Of a stretch of 64,000 nt of DNA, positions 43,266 through 52,557 are shown piece after piece (positions within the stretch are counted from its first letter, which is position 1; each line of letters opens with the position of its first letter). Source of the stretch: Nitrospirota bacterium. GTDB taxonomy: Bacteria; Nitrospirota; UBA9217. A program made the translations under genes and the position numbers. The stretch lies in NCBI GenBank assembly GCA_963754875.1, contig CAVWHO010000020.1, positions 352,001 through 416,000 on the forward strand, read 5' to 3'. The notes under the pieces are model-generated. The model ran no database searches. It saw only the letters and a program-made list of their open reading frames with translations, and was not told where the DNA came from.

Positions 43266-44333
43266 CGGCAACTTCACCTGCAGGTGTGCAGGCCATTCTG
43301 CCCTGGGATCGAGCCACACATAGGCCACGCCGGGAAGTCCGGTCTTGACCTGGGTGATATGTTTTTTGAGAAGTTCCATGGGGATTTGCGCCCGAATGCG
43401 AAACATCAGCTTCTCCCGTTCACTGGCCGTCTCCACGGTTTTCGGGGTGAACTGGGCCACGTCGGCAATGAATGACACTTTCGAGGGGATCACGTACTGG
43501 GGTGCGGCGTCAAGCACCAGCCGTACCTCGGTGCCGAGTGCGACCCGTCCCGCCGCGGCCGTGGGCAGGAAAAAGGTCATGTAGACATCGCTCAGGTCAA
43601 CCAGGCACAGCACGCGGCCGCCTGCGCCGACCACCTCGCCGAGCTGGGCAACCTGGTACTGCACCCGTCCGTCGCGGGGTGACTTGAGGGCGCTGTCCCG
43701 TATATCCGCCTGGATGCGCGCGATGGTGGCCCGTGCCGCATCGACCCCCGATTGCGCGCCGATGATCTGCTTGCGTGCCGTGGTAATGGTCGCTTCGGCG
43801 GCGGCCACCTGGGCGCGGGCTGAACTGAGGGCGGCAGTCGCGCTTTGAAGCCGTGTCGTATCGTCGTCGACATCTTGTTGCGCTATCATCTCCTCTGAGA
43901 GAAGCTGTGTTGAACGGGCTAAATGCTTCCGTGCGTTGTCGAGCTCGGCCTCGCGCTGACCGACTAGTGCCAAGGCCGCCTCCTTTTCGCTTTCGCGCTG
44001 AAGGAGCTGGCTCCGCGCCGTCGCAACGGAGCTTTGTGCCTGCCGCAGTTGCGCCTCTGCCTCGTGAAGCTGAGCTTCCAGGACCTCGGTATCCATGAGC
44101 GCAACCACTTGCCCGGCGGAAACGAACTCGCCTTCGCGGACCAGAATATCCTTTATCCGCCCGGGAGACTTTGCCGCGACGTCGATCTCAACAGCCTCGA
44201 TGCGGCCGTTCCCGCTGACAAGACCGTTGGTTCTGTTATTCCGGTCGAATTTTTGCCAGGCAACTCCCCCCAAAACGCCTAGGATCAGCAGAATAACGCC
44301 TCTGATCAACCATTTTTTCTGATGTGCAGTCAT
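43260..44333 (-). CDS. yhiI: HlyD-family periplasmic adaptor (YhiI-like)
   Basis: SGNGRIEA, LKSPRDGRV, AQFTPKTVET, GLPGVAYV. Confidence 0.88.
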   Translation of the reverse strand: MTAHQKKWLIRGVILLILGVLGGVAWQKFDRNNRTNGLVSGNGRIEAVEIDVAAKSPGRIKDILVREGEFVSAGQVVALMDTEVLEAQLHEAEAQLRQAQSSVATARSQLLQRESEKEAALALVGQREAELDNARKHLARSTQLLSEEMIAQQDVDDDTTRLQSATAALSSARAQVAAAEATITTARKQIIGAQSGVDAARATIARIQADIRDSALKSPRDGRVQYQVAQLGEVVGAGGRVLCLVDLSDVYMTFFLPTAAAGRVALGTEVRLVLDAAPQYVIPSKVSFIADVAQFTPKTVETASEREKLMFRIRAQIPMELLKKHITQVKTGLPGVAYVWLDPRAEWPAHLQVKLPQ

Positions 44334-44726
44334 AGTATTCTTCTATCTGTTGCGGCCTGCATGCTTGGACATCATAAGGTTTCGCTAAATATCCATTTAA
44401 AACAATTCCACAGCGAATGTACGAATCACGTAGCACTGGTTCATTTATATGATATTATCACAACATTTTGTACTTTGAGGGAGTATTCATCGTTATGAGA
44501 GCGTTGTTTTTCGTCATGAATTTCGATTGGTTATTTTGGGGTATTTCAGCAATCACGGAATGAATCATGATATGTTTCGAGGATTCACAACTTCAAGTGA
44601 TTCAGACCTTATGATTAAAGTGGCAAGTCTGACTTAAGGTATATTTACGTCAGGACGACTCACGCGTAACGTTTCGATCAGGATCTTTCACGATAAATTT
44701 CAACTCTGGCAGCAACATGTCAGCGT

Positions 44727-45731
44727 TCAAATCGATGTTGACAGGCAAAGCGCTCCGAAATTGTCGGCCCCGTTCTGGCCTTTGAACTCTCGCGAGCGCT
44801 GGACATGCGTATACGTCAGACGATAGGCCCGCCACGTGAAGGCTATCCCCCACTGCACATCGTCCACAAGCGGCTCTTTCTTCACTCTTCTGCTGTCTTG
44901 GTAAGTGTTGCCGTCGAGAAATATGTCTCTCGCCACTGCCCGCCCATCGAATCCTGCGAAAAAATACCACTCAAAATAATGTGTAGGTTCGAGAAAGCCC
45001 GAGCCGGGCAGGCTGGGCTGGATGCGCGGAGGGCCGTAGTCAAGCGGGAGTTTATTCCCGTACCGCAGCATGAGGCCCATGTTGGCATAGGTATAAACGT
45101 TCGCTAGGGCGCCTCCGACGTGCGGCGTTACGTCGAAATCATTACCGATCAGCGTTTTAGCCACGAGGCCGCGCCAACTCTTCTCATAGGTCAGCACGAG
45201 GCCTGGTTCGTCGTGAAGTTGCGTGTCCCAACCTTGGGCCCGTTTTGCATCGACGACGGTATGGACCATTTTTTGGGTTTGTTCTCCGCCGGCAGCTGGA
45301 CCGACAACACCCAGCGTTAGCACGAGGGCGTCCAGTTCTCGCCCCGTCACCACGCCGACCCCTACTGAACCGTACAGCCATCCCGCATAGGGACGTTCGT
45401 TGGAGGGCGGATTCGCCAGGGTCACATTGCTGGGGGTATATAAATTCTGGCCGAACGCGTAGCCATGACGGACTTCGCCGTCCTCAGGGAACCAAGGAAT
45501 CCAATGACCAACCCGCAGGATCCAGTCCGGTGCCGGCTTGTCATTCGGCACCCGGATAACCTCGGTGCCGTTCGTATAATCCCGGTCGGTATGATAAAAG
45601 AGGTTATTTTCTTCAACGATGCTCAGTACGCCAGACGTTGCTTCCTCTGCATAAGCACGATTTCCAGCAATGAAGGCAGAGAGGACGAAGAATGCTAGGG
45701 CCGCTCTTTTAAAGGCTCTTGAATTCTTCAT
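44727..45731 (-). CDS. LpxR-family lipid A deacylase
   Basis: Signal peptide, ENN...DRDYTNG, GQNLYTP, RPYAGWLY, GWDTQL, FLDGNT. Confidence 0.85.
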   Translation of the reverse strand: MKNSRAFKRAALAFFVLSAFIAGNRAYAEEATSGVLSIVEENNLFYHTDRDYTNGTEVIRVPNDKPAPDWILRVGHWIPWFPEDGEVRHGYAFGQNLYTPSNVTLANPPSNERPYAGWLYGSVGVGVVTGRELDALVLTLGVVGPAAGGEQTQKMVHTVVDAKRAQGWDTQLHDEPGLVLTYEKSWRGLVAKTLIGNDFDVTPHVGGALANVYTYANMGLMLRYGNKLPLDYGPPRIQPSLPGSGFLEPTHYFEWYFFAGFDGRAVARDIFLDGNTYQDSRRVKKEPLVDDVQWGIAFTWRAYRLTYTHVQRSREFKGQNGADNFGALCLSTSI

Positions 45732-45998
45732 GCTCGTATGGTCAAAAAACTCATGCGGTCATCTGGTAGTAATATTGAAGCAGTAAAGACCCTGAGAAAT
45801 TGTCTTTTAGCGTCCCTGGAACAGATGGCGGATCTGTACCGTACCTTTTGTAACAATAAAGAGCATATCGCTGGTTGAGACTCTCGAGTATCCCGTCGTC
45901 GTAGAAGCAGAAGGGCCCCCTGAGACGTTGCGGCCACATCTTGACATTGCCGACAATCTGGATACACTTGAGATATATGTTTTGGACGGGGAGGGGGG

Positions 45999-46997
45999 AT
46001 GTCGCAAGAGGGGGCAGGACGGGTACTGGTTACGGGCGGAACCGGTTTTGTAGGAAGTCATCTTGTTGAACGGCTTCTCCGAAGCGGTTATGCAGTAACC
46101 TGCCTCGTGAGGGATCCTCTTCATTTGCGCTGGCTTGAGGGCCTGGACGTGCGGCTCGCGCACGGTGACTGCACGCGGCCCGAATCGCTTGCCTCCGCCG
46201 TGCAGGGTATCTCAGTCATATTCCATTGCGCCGGACTTACCAAAGCAAGAGATGCTCACGATTATTATCTCGTGAACCACCTCGGCACGAAGAATCTTCT
46301 GGAAGCATGCGTACGATATAATCCCGACATTGAGAAATTTGTACTGGTTTCGAGCCAGGCGGCGGCAGGTCCGAGTTTGGACGGCCGACCGGTCAAAGAT
46401 GGCGACACACCTCATCCGGTGTCTGATTACGGCCGGAGCAAGCTGCTTGCCGAAAACGAAGTGCGCAGTTACAAAGACCGCCTTCCTATTGTGATTCTCC
46501 GGCCGTCGAGCGTCTATGGACCGAGAGATGTGGATATTTACGAACTGTTCCGCTGGGCCAGTCGAGGCCTGACTCTCGAGATGACAGGGGGAAATCGATA
46601 TCTCAACCTGTGCTATGTCGAAGACCTGACCGCGGCGCTTCTTCTGTCAGCCGAACACAGGACGCAGAGCGGCATCGTATATTTTGTCGCGGAGAACAGG
46701 CCCTATTCGCGGTCGGAATTCAGGAATCTGCTGCTCGCCACGGGTGGTGTGAAGTCGCGCATGATAAAAATTCCCTACGGGGCGGCTTACTTGATCGGCC
46801 TCGCTTCCGAAATCGGAAGCCTGTTCACAAAAAGGCCGGCGCTTGCGAACAGACAAAAAATCCGGGAAGCCGCACAGAGATATTGGCTTTGCGACGTCGG
46901 CAAGATCGAGAATGACCTCCGCTTTCGGGCGGAGTATCCCCTGCAGAAAGGGCTGGAACTCACATGGCAATGGTACAGAAAAAACAAATGGCTGTAG
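45999..46997 (+). CDS. Extended SDR NAD(P)-dependent reductase (candidate ceramide/3-keto-sphinganine reductase)
   Basis: [15 protein letters not shown]; overlaps SPT start. Confidence 0.8.
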   Translation: MSQEGAGRVLVTGGTGFVGSHLVERLLRSGYAVTCLVRDPLHLRWLEGLDVRLAHGDCTRPESLASAVQGISVIFHCAGLTKARDAHDYYLVNHLGTKNLLEACVRYNPDIEKFVLVSSQAAAGPSLDGRPVKDGDTPHPVSDYGRSKLLAENEVRSYKDRLPIVILRPSSVYGPRDVDIYELFRWASRGLTLEMTGGNRYLNLCYVEDLTAALLLSAEHRTQSGIVYFVAENRPYSRSEFRNLLLATGGVKSRMIKIPYGAAYLIGLASEIGSLFTKRPALANRQKIREAAQRYWLCDVGKIENDLRFRAEYPLQKGLELTWQWYRKNKWL

Positions 46998-48220
46998 TGC
47001 CGGAACCGGTACCGCTGAGGGATCTTGAGGCGAGAACGCCGGATTTGTTCGAAAAATGTCGGAAGTTTACAACTGCGAAAGAGGTTATGGCCGCCGGGCT
47101 GTATCCCTATTTTCACGTCGTGGAATCGGAGCAGAGCCCAGAGGTGATCGTCGAGGGTAAGAAGATGATCATGCTCGGCTCGAACAATTATCTCGGGCTT
47201 ACGAGCCATCCGAAGGTGAAGGAAGCTGCCATCGAAGCCGTGAAGAGATACGGCAGCGGCTGCGCGGGTTCACGCTTCCTGAACGGAACCCTCGACATCC
47301 ATGTGAAACTTGAGGAAAATCTCGCTTCGTTCTTTCACAAGGACGCGGCGCTCACCTTTTCTACGGGATATCAAACCAACCTCGGGATCATATCCGCCCT
47401 CGCCGGCAAGGACGACGTAGTCGTGATCGACAAACTCGACCACGCAAGCATAGTAGACGCGTGCAGGTTGTCTTTCGCCGAGGTAAAAAAGTTCAAGCAC
47501 AACGATATGGACAGCCTCGAATATATCCTTAAGGAAAGCGGGAACCGCGGCAAACTCGTGGTCGTGGATGGCGTGTACAGCATGGAGGGGGACATCGCAC
47601 CTCTCCCTGACATCATCAAGGTCTGCAGGAAATACGGGGCGCGGCTCATGGTGGACGACGCCCACGGCATCGGCGTTCTGGGTGGGACCGGCAGAGGGAC
47701 CGCCGAACACTTCGGTGTCGAGAAGGAAGTGGACGTGATCATGGGCACGTACAGCAAATCCTTGGCGTCCATCGGCGGATTCGTCGCAGCCGACGAGGAC
47801 GTGATCCATTACGTGAAGCACACCTCCCGTCCGCTCATTTTCTCCGCAAGCCCTCCGCCTGCCTCGGTGGCGGCGGTTATCGCAGCGCTGGATATCATTG
47901 ACCGGGAACCGGAACGAAGGGAGCGGCTATGGCACAATACGCGCAAGATGATGGAGGCGTTCAAACAGATGGGCTACGACACGGGCGTCGCCGAGACGCC
48001 GATCATCCCGCTTGTCATAGGTGAGATGGAGCGGACGTTCCTGATGTGGAAGACCCTGTACGATGACGGGGTATTCGTGAATCCCGTGGTCCCACCGGCC
48101 ACGCCGCCGGGCCGCTGCCTCATCCGCACAAGCTATATGGCAACCCATACCGATGAAATGCTTGACCGGGTGCTCGGCGTGATCGAGAAAGCCGGAAGAA
48201 AAATCGGCGTGATCTCGTAG
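46988..48220 (+). CDS. spt: PLP-dependent alpha-oxoamine synthase, probably serine palmitoyltransferase
   Basis: [36 protein letters not shown]. Confidence 0.8.
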   Translation: MAVVPEPVPLRDLEARTPDLFEKCRKFTTAKEVMAAGLYPYFHVVESEQSPEVIVEGKKMIMLGSNNYLGLTSHPKVKEAAIEAVKRYGSGCAGSRFLNGTLDIHVKLEENLASFFHKDAALTFSTGYQTNLGIISALAGKDDVVVIDKLDHASIVDACRLSFAEVKKFKHNDMDSLEYILKESGNRGKLVVVDGVYSMEGDIAPLPDIIKVCRKYGARLMVDDAHGIGVLGGTGRGTAEHFGVEKEVDVIMGTYSKSLASIGGFVAADEDVIHYVKHTSRPLIFSASPPPASVAAVIAALDIIDREPERRERLWHNTRKMMEAFKQMGYDTGVAETPIIPLVIGEMERTFLMWKTLYDDGVFVNPVVPPATPPGRCLIRTSYMATHTDEMLDRVLGVIEKAGRKIGVIS

Positions 48221-48240
48221 TCGATTAGGGGGGGGAGATC

Positions 48241-49353
48241 ATGAACATCGAACAGGTCAACGATGCGGGCGGCAAGAATGAATTCATCCAGTTCCCGTGG
48301 AAAGTGTACCAGGGAAACCCCAACTGGGTCCCGCCGCTCGTAAGCGAAGTAAAATTCGTCCTGAGCGAAAAGAACCCCTTTTTTCAACACGCCGAAGCCG
48401 CATATTTCCTTGCGCGCAAAAACGAAGAAACGGTCGGCAGGATTGCGGCGATCATCGATCGCAATCATATCAACATCCACAACGAGCAGGCTGGATTTTT
48501 CGGCTTCTTCGAATGCCTGCCCGACATCGCAGTCGCCCAAGGGCTTTTAGATACGGCATCGGGATGGCTCAAGAAGCGGAACATCTCGATCATGCGCGGA
48601 CCCATGAACCCGTCGACGAACGATGAGTGTGGGTTTCTTCTTGAGGGGTTCGATTCGCCCCCCATGATCATGATGACGTACACGCCGCCGTATTACCTTG
48701 ATTACATGGCACAGTGCGGCCTCGTCAAGGCCAAGGACCTCTTTGCCTATATATCCGTCATCAAAAACGTCTCCGCGGCGCCGAGGCTTGAAAAGCTGGC
48801 ATCAGCCGTCAAAGCGCGCGTCCCCGGGCTCGTCGTGCGTCCGGCCGATATGAAGCATTTTCGTAAAGAGCTGGAAGCGGTAAAGGACATCTATAATTGC
48901 GCGTGGAGCCGCAACTGGGGTTTCGTTCCCATGACGGATGAGGAAATAGATTCCATGGCGAAAAGATTGAAGCCGCTCATCGTGCCGGAACTGCTCATCA
49001 TGGCCGAGGTAGACGGCAGTCCCGCTGGATTCTTCATGGCTGTGCCCGACTATAACCAAGTCCTGAGCAGGATCAACGGCAGGCTCGGCCCTCTCGAACT
49101 CGTCAAATTCCTCTGGTATTCGAGAAGGATATCGGATATACGCGTGTTGACCATGGGCGTCAAGGAAGAGTTTCGAAAAAAAGGCATCGAGGGACTGCTC
49201 TATCTTGAGTCGTTCAAAGCGGCCATGTGCAGGGGCTACGAGCGGGCCGAGATGTCCTGGGTACTGGAGGACAACGCCCCGATGCGCAATGGGTGTGAGC
49301 TGATGGGCGGGAGGCTGTACAAGAAATACCGGATCTACGAGAAGGGGATTTGA
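48241..49353 (+). CDS. GNAT-fold protein resembling bacterial ceramide synthase (bCerS)
   Basis: PNWVPPL, GRIAA, GFFGFFEC, RGPMNPS, NWGFVP, EMSWVLEDN; directly after spt. Confidence 0.78.
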   Translation: MNIEQVNDAGGKNEFIQFPWKVYQGNPNWVPPLVSEVKFVLSEKNPFFQHAEAAYFLARKNEETVGRIAAIIDRNHINIHNEQAGFFGFFECLPDIAVAQGLLDTASGWLKKRNISIMRGPMNPSTNDECGFLLEGFDSPPMIMMTYTPPYYLDYMAQCGLVKAKDLFAYISVIKNVSAAPRLEKLASAVKARVPGLVVRPADMKHFRKELEAVKDIYNCAWSRNWGFVPMTDEEIDSMAKRLKPLIVPELLIMAEVDGSPAGFFMAVPDYNQVLSRINGRLGPLELVKFLWYSRRISDIRVLTMGVKEEFRKKGIEGLLYLESFKAAMCRGYERAEMSWVLEDNAPMRNGCELMGGRLYKKYRIYEKGI

Positions 49354-49420
49354 CGTTTATCCGCCTCCTTGGAGACGCGCGTGCGTCTCTCGCGTGCGTT
49401 TATCATTTTTGCCGAATGCA

Positions 49421-50323
49421 TCAGCTGACCTGCTGGACCCCGCCGCCCGTTTTCCGGGCTACGCGTGAGAGCGCCGCGAACAGTATCGGCGCCAGATAAA
49501 CGGTCAGGATCGTCAGGGCGATTCCCGCGATGACATCGATAACGTAATGATACCGGAGATACACGGTCGAGATGAGCAGTCCCGTTACCACCGGGATCAA
49601 GCCAGCAAAAAGTCTTTTCTCCTTTTTACTCCATGCATAATAGAGGCTCATAAGCGAGACGGCTGTATGGCCGCTCGGGAAGGCATCGGTCTTATTTTTT
49701 TCGAGACTGTTCAGGACATCCTGAATCTTTTCGATGAACGGGGAAACCTGCAGTCCTTCGGTCTGGAGATGGCCGAGCGTAAAACGCGGCCCGATTGCGG
49801 GAACGAGCAGGTAGCCGACGTAGGAGAGATAGAAGCAGAGCAGGATGCCGAACAGGGCCTCTTCGAATTCCTCGAACCTGCCCCTGGCAATGAGTGCGAC
49901 GCCGAGCGAGAGGGGGATGAAATAATAACTGATGTAGGCGAACTGGAGGAGGGCCGAAAGAGTCGGGCTGATCAGCCGTTCGAGCCATACCGTGGGGTGA
50001 ACGCCGAAGAGCGCATGATCGACGGAGATGAGGCTGGCGTCGAATGTCGTCGTGTGAATGCCGGCGATGAGGGCCCCCAGGCTGTTAAATATAGAGAGAA
50101 CCGTGATCACCGTAACGACAACCGAAAGGTAGAAACCCTTCTTTGCCGAGTCTACCCTCGTTCGGTACGCGGCAACCGCCAAGATCGCAATTGCCAGCAC
50201 TGTGTACGTAGCGAGAAGTCCGGCCCACGACGGGTTCATACGCGCGGAAAATACCGTAAGGCCGGAGAGAAGGACAAGAAAAGAAAGCGTTAGCAGATCA
50301 GAGGGTCTCAAGACAGGGCGCAT
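49421..50323 (-). CDS. PAP2-superfamily membrane phosphatase/phosphotransferase (Aur1/IPC synthase-like)
   Basis: PAIGPR, AFPSGHT, LRYHYVIDV; many TM helices. Confidence 0.82.
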   Translation of the reverse strand: MRPVLRPSDLLTLSFLVLLSGLTVFSARMNPSWAGLLATYTVLAIAILAVAAYRTRVDSAKKGFYLSVVVTVITVLSIFNSLGALIAGIHTTTFDASLISVDHALFGVHPTVWLERLISPTLSALLQFAYISYYFIPLSLGVALIARGRFEEFEEALFGILLCFYLSYVGYLLVPAIGPRFTLGHLQTEGLQVSPFIEKIQDVLNSLEKNKTDAFPSGHTAVSLMSLYYAWSKKEKRLFAGLIPVVTGLLISTVYLRYHYVIDVIAGIALTILTVYLAPILFAALSRVARKTGGGVQQVS

Positions 50324-50692
50324 AGCGATATATACACTACCTGAGGCGAAATTGCAATCTCAACATCGATCCCTGCCGAATGGGTTATATATGGGTAGAA
50401 GCTAACGAATACATGTGAAACATTATGTGTTGCTAAGAATGGCGACGACAAGAACTACAGGATGCACAGTTAACTGTAAACTTCAAATGGCATTCGCCAC
50501 TTCATCTATGATCGACTGCTCCGCGATGACACCTACAAGCTTTGGAGTTTCGCTATATGGAAACTTCAACGAATACCGGTAGAAGCTTGCATATGCAGCC
50601 CTGCCCCGGCAGACCGGATTTACGGTCACCGTTTCTGCCGGGGCAAGGCGTGACAAAGCTCAATCAGTCAACATTTCGTTATTTACAGCCTT

Positions 50693-51354
50693 CTAATGCC
50701 CTTCCGATATAACCCGTATAACATCCACTCCCTCAAACGGCGTTGACCCTATCATGCCGCTTACATGGACCGGGACGTGGTCTCCTGTCGGCAGCACCGC
50801 AATAACATCGCTCCGTTTAAATTTCACCGTAAGCTGAGAGTGATTGTGACCGGCGTGGTCGCGGTCACAGCCGTGCTCGAGGTAATGGTCTTTTATTTCG
50901 TACGGCCACAGGCTTGGAGGGCGAGGGCGGTGTCGAGGATGTAGCTATTGGGGCAATCATCAGCGCCTCCGAACCCACCGTCTGAATTGCGGTAGAGGAG
51001 CAAACTCGCTACATAACCTGAGGTATCCTGCCCTGCGCGTTTGAGCGCAATGATCTGACGTGAAATATAATCCGTTGGAGAAACGATCTGGCTGCTCAGC
51101 CACTGGAAGGCCGGCCCGTAAGCCGGGTTTGAGGGATCAACTGAATAGATAGCGTCCAGCGCCGCCGCAGTAGAATAATAATCTGTGGTCACAACTTCCG
51201 GCCAGTTGCTGGATGTGGTTTGAGCGGAGTAGAGCCATGAGAGTCCATTGGAAATTTGCGGAGATTGCGCGAAGACGGATGAATTCAACGCCAACAAAAG
51301 AATAACAACAAAGCCATATACTCTTTTCCGCATGGTCCCTCCCGAAAGGCACAT
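50693..51354 (-). pseudogene. Remnant of large secreted protein(s): N-terminal alpha-barrel repeat part joined out of frame to a C-terminal domain
   Basis: Signal peptide, GLSWLYSAQ, RNSDGGFG, DTALALQA; another frame from ~50910 reads LTVKFKRSDV...FEGVDVIRVI to TAG at 50693. Confidence 0.65.
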
Positions 51355-51475
51355 GTAACCACAGATTGATTCAGGAACTACGAATACAAATGATCATCTC
51401 ATCGTCAATTCGATACTTTGAAGGATGAAAGAAAGTATTTTTGTACCATCACAAAACTCCGCTATCACGTCATGA

Positions 51476-52459
51476 TTATTTACGAAGCATAAAACTTCGA
51501 TTAAAAAAACGAACAAACCGTTTTGCAATTTTAATTGAATCTGTTTCGTATAACTCCATTGTCATTTCAATATCTGGATTTATTTTTTTTATTATTTCGG
51601 CGATTTCTGTTATCTGAGCAATATAATCATCTAAGGTTGAAAACACTATTTCGTAAATATCGTTATTACCAGTTTTAATGATTAGAAAAGGGCGTATACT
51701 TTTCATGAATTCTTTCATCTTGCCTTCAACCGCCTTAATTTCTGAGAGAGGGATAACATCTCTTTCCCGCCAGCTTTTGGGGAAACGAATATGAAATATT
51801 AAATAATCAAGAATAATTACATTCGAAGTGGTAATTACGAAATGCTTTCTTGCAACTCTTTCACCATTCTTTAATTTTTGGAAAGATGACGTTAGCTTCT
51901 TATGAAAGAGTATTTCTTCATCAATTGCTAAACTCAATAAAGGCATTAACTGGTCTGGTATCTTGTCTCCTCTTACAATTGCTGAGGCATGATTTGTTGA
52001 TGGACCAAGAAGATCGCCTTTCTTGTATGAGCAATTTGAGCAGGTTTCAACCAGTTGAATATTGTAAAAATGACAAGACGGACACTCAATAAAATATTGG
52101 CCTTTTGCCAGACCAATTACCATTTTCTCAAACAGAATATGTATCAGTAGGTCTACAACCACAAACGTTGCCAAAACTATGAAATAATAATATGGCTTTG
52201 CAGTTTGCATAAATATCGGACCGTTAGTGGCGTCCAAATACATAGAAACAATAAAGGCCGGTAGAAAAATAAAAATATATTTTTTTTCTACTCCCAAAGC
52301 CTTTAGGAAACAGTAGCTCATATATATCAGGAAAAACCTGTAACTGCCGACGCCTGAAATAAGAAAGAGAATCCCAGTTACAACACCAGACATGTTTACA
52401 ACAAAATCACGATACTGACTTGAAAACCGTTTAATCTTCACCTTTATAACTTCCTCCAA
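51476..52459 (-). CDS. AT-rich membrane protein with zinc ribbon (candidate immunity protein)
   Basis: About four TM helices, CPSC...CSNC, soluble C-terminal domain. Confidence 0.75.
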   Translation of the reverse strand: MEEVIKVKIKRFSSQYRDFVVNMSGVVTGILFLISGVGSYRFFLIYMSYCFLKALGVEKKYIFIFLPAFIVSMYLDATNGPIFMQTAKPYYYFIVLATFVVVDLLIHILFEKMVIGLAKGQYFIECPSCHFYNIQLVETCSNCSYKKGDLLGPSTNHASAIVRGDKIPDQLMPLLSLAIDEEILFHKKLTSSFQKLKNGERVARKHFVITTSNVIILDYLIFHIRFPKSWRERDVIPLSEIKAVEGKMKEFMKSIRPFLIIKTGNNDIYEIVFSTLDDYIAQITEIAEIIKKINPDIEMTMELYETDSIKIAKRFVRFFNRSFMLRK

Positions 52460-52557
52460 TCAGGCCTTCACATTCCCGCATGAAACTTCTCCAAGTTTGC
52501 AGCGACTGGAAATCGGTAGCAATAAAGAGACGTGGATCAGAATAAAATGCTTATAGT

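Noticed and set aside
50744..50753. GATAGGGTCA on - strand, identical to the IS110 left flank
   Set aside because: Inside coding remnant and not followed by GGTCT; probably chance
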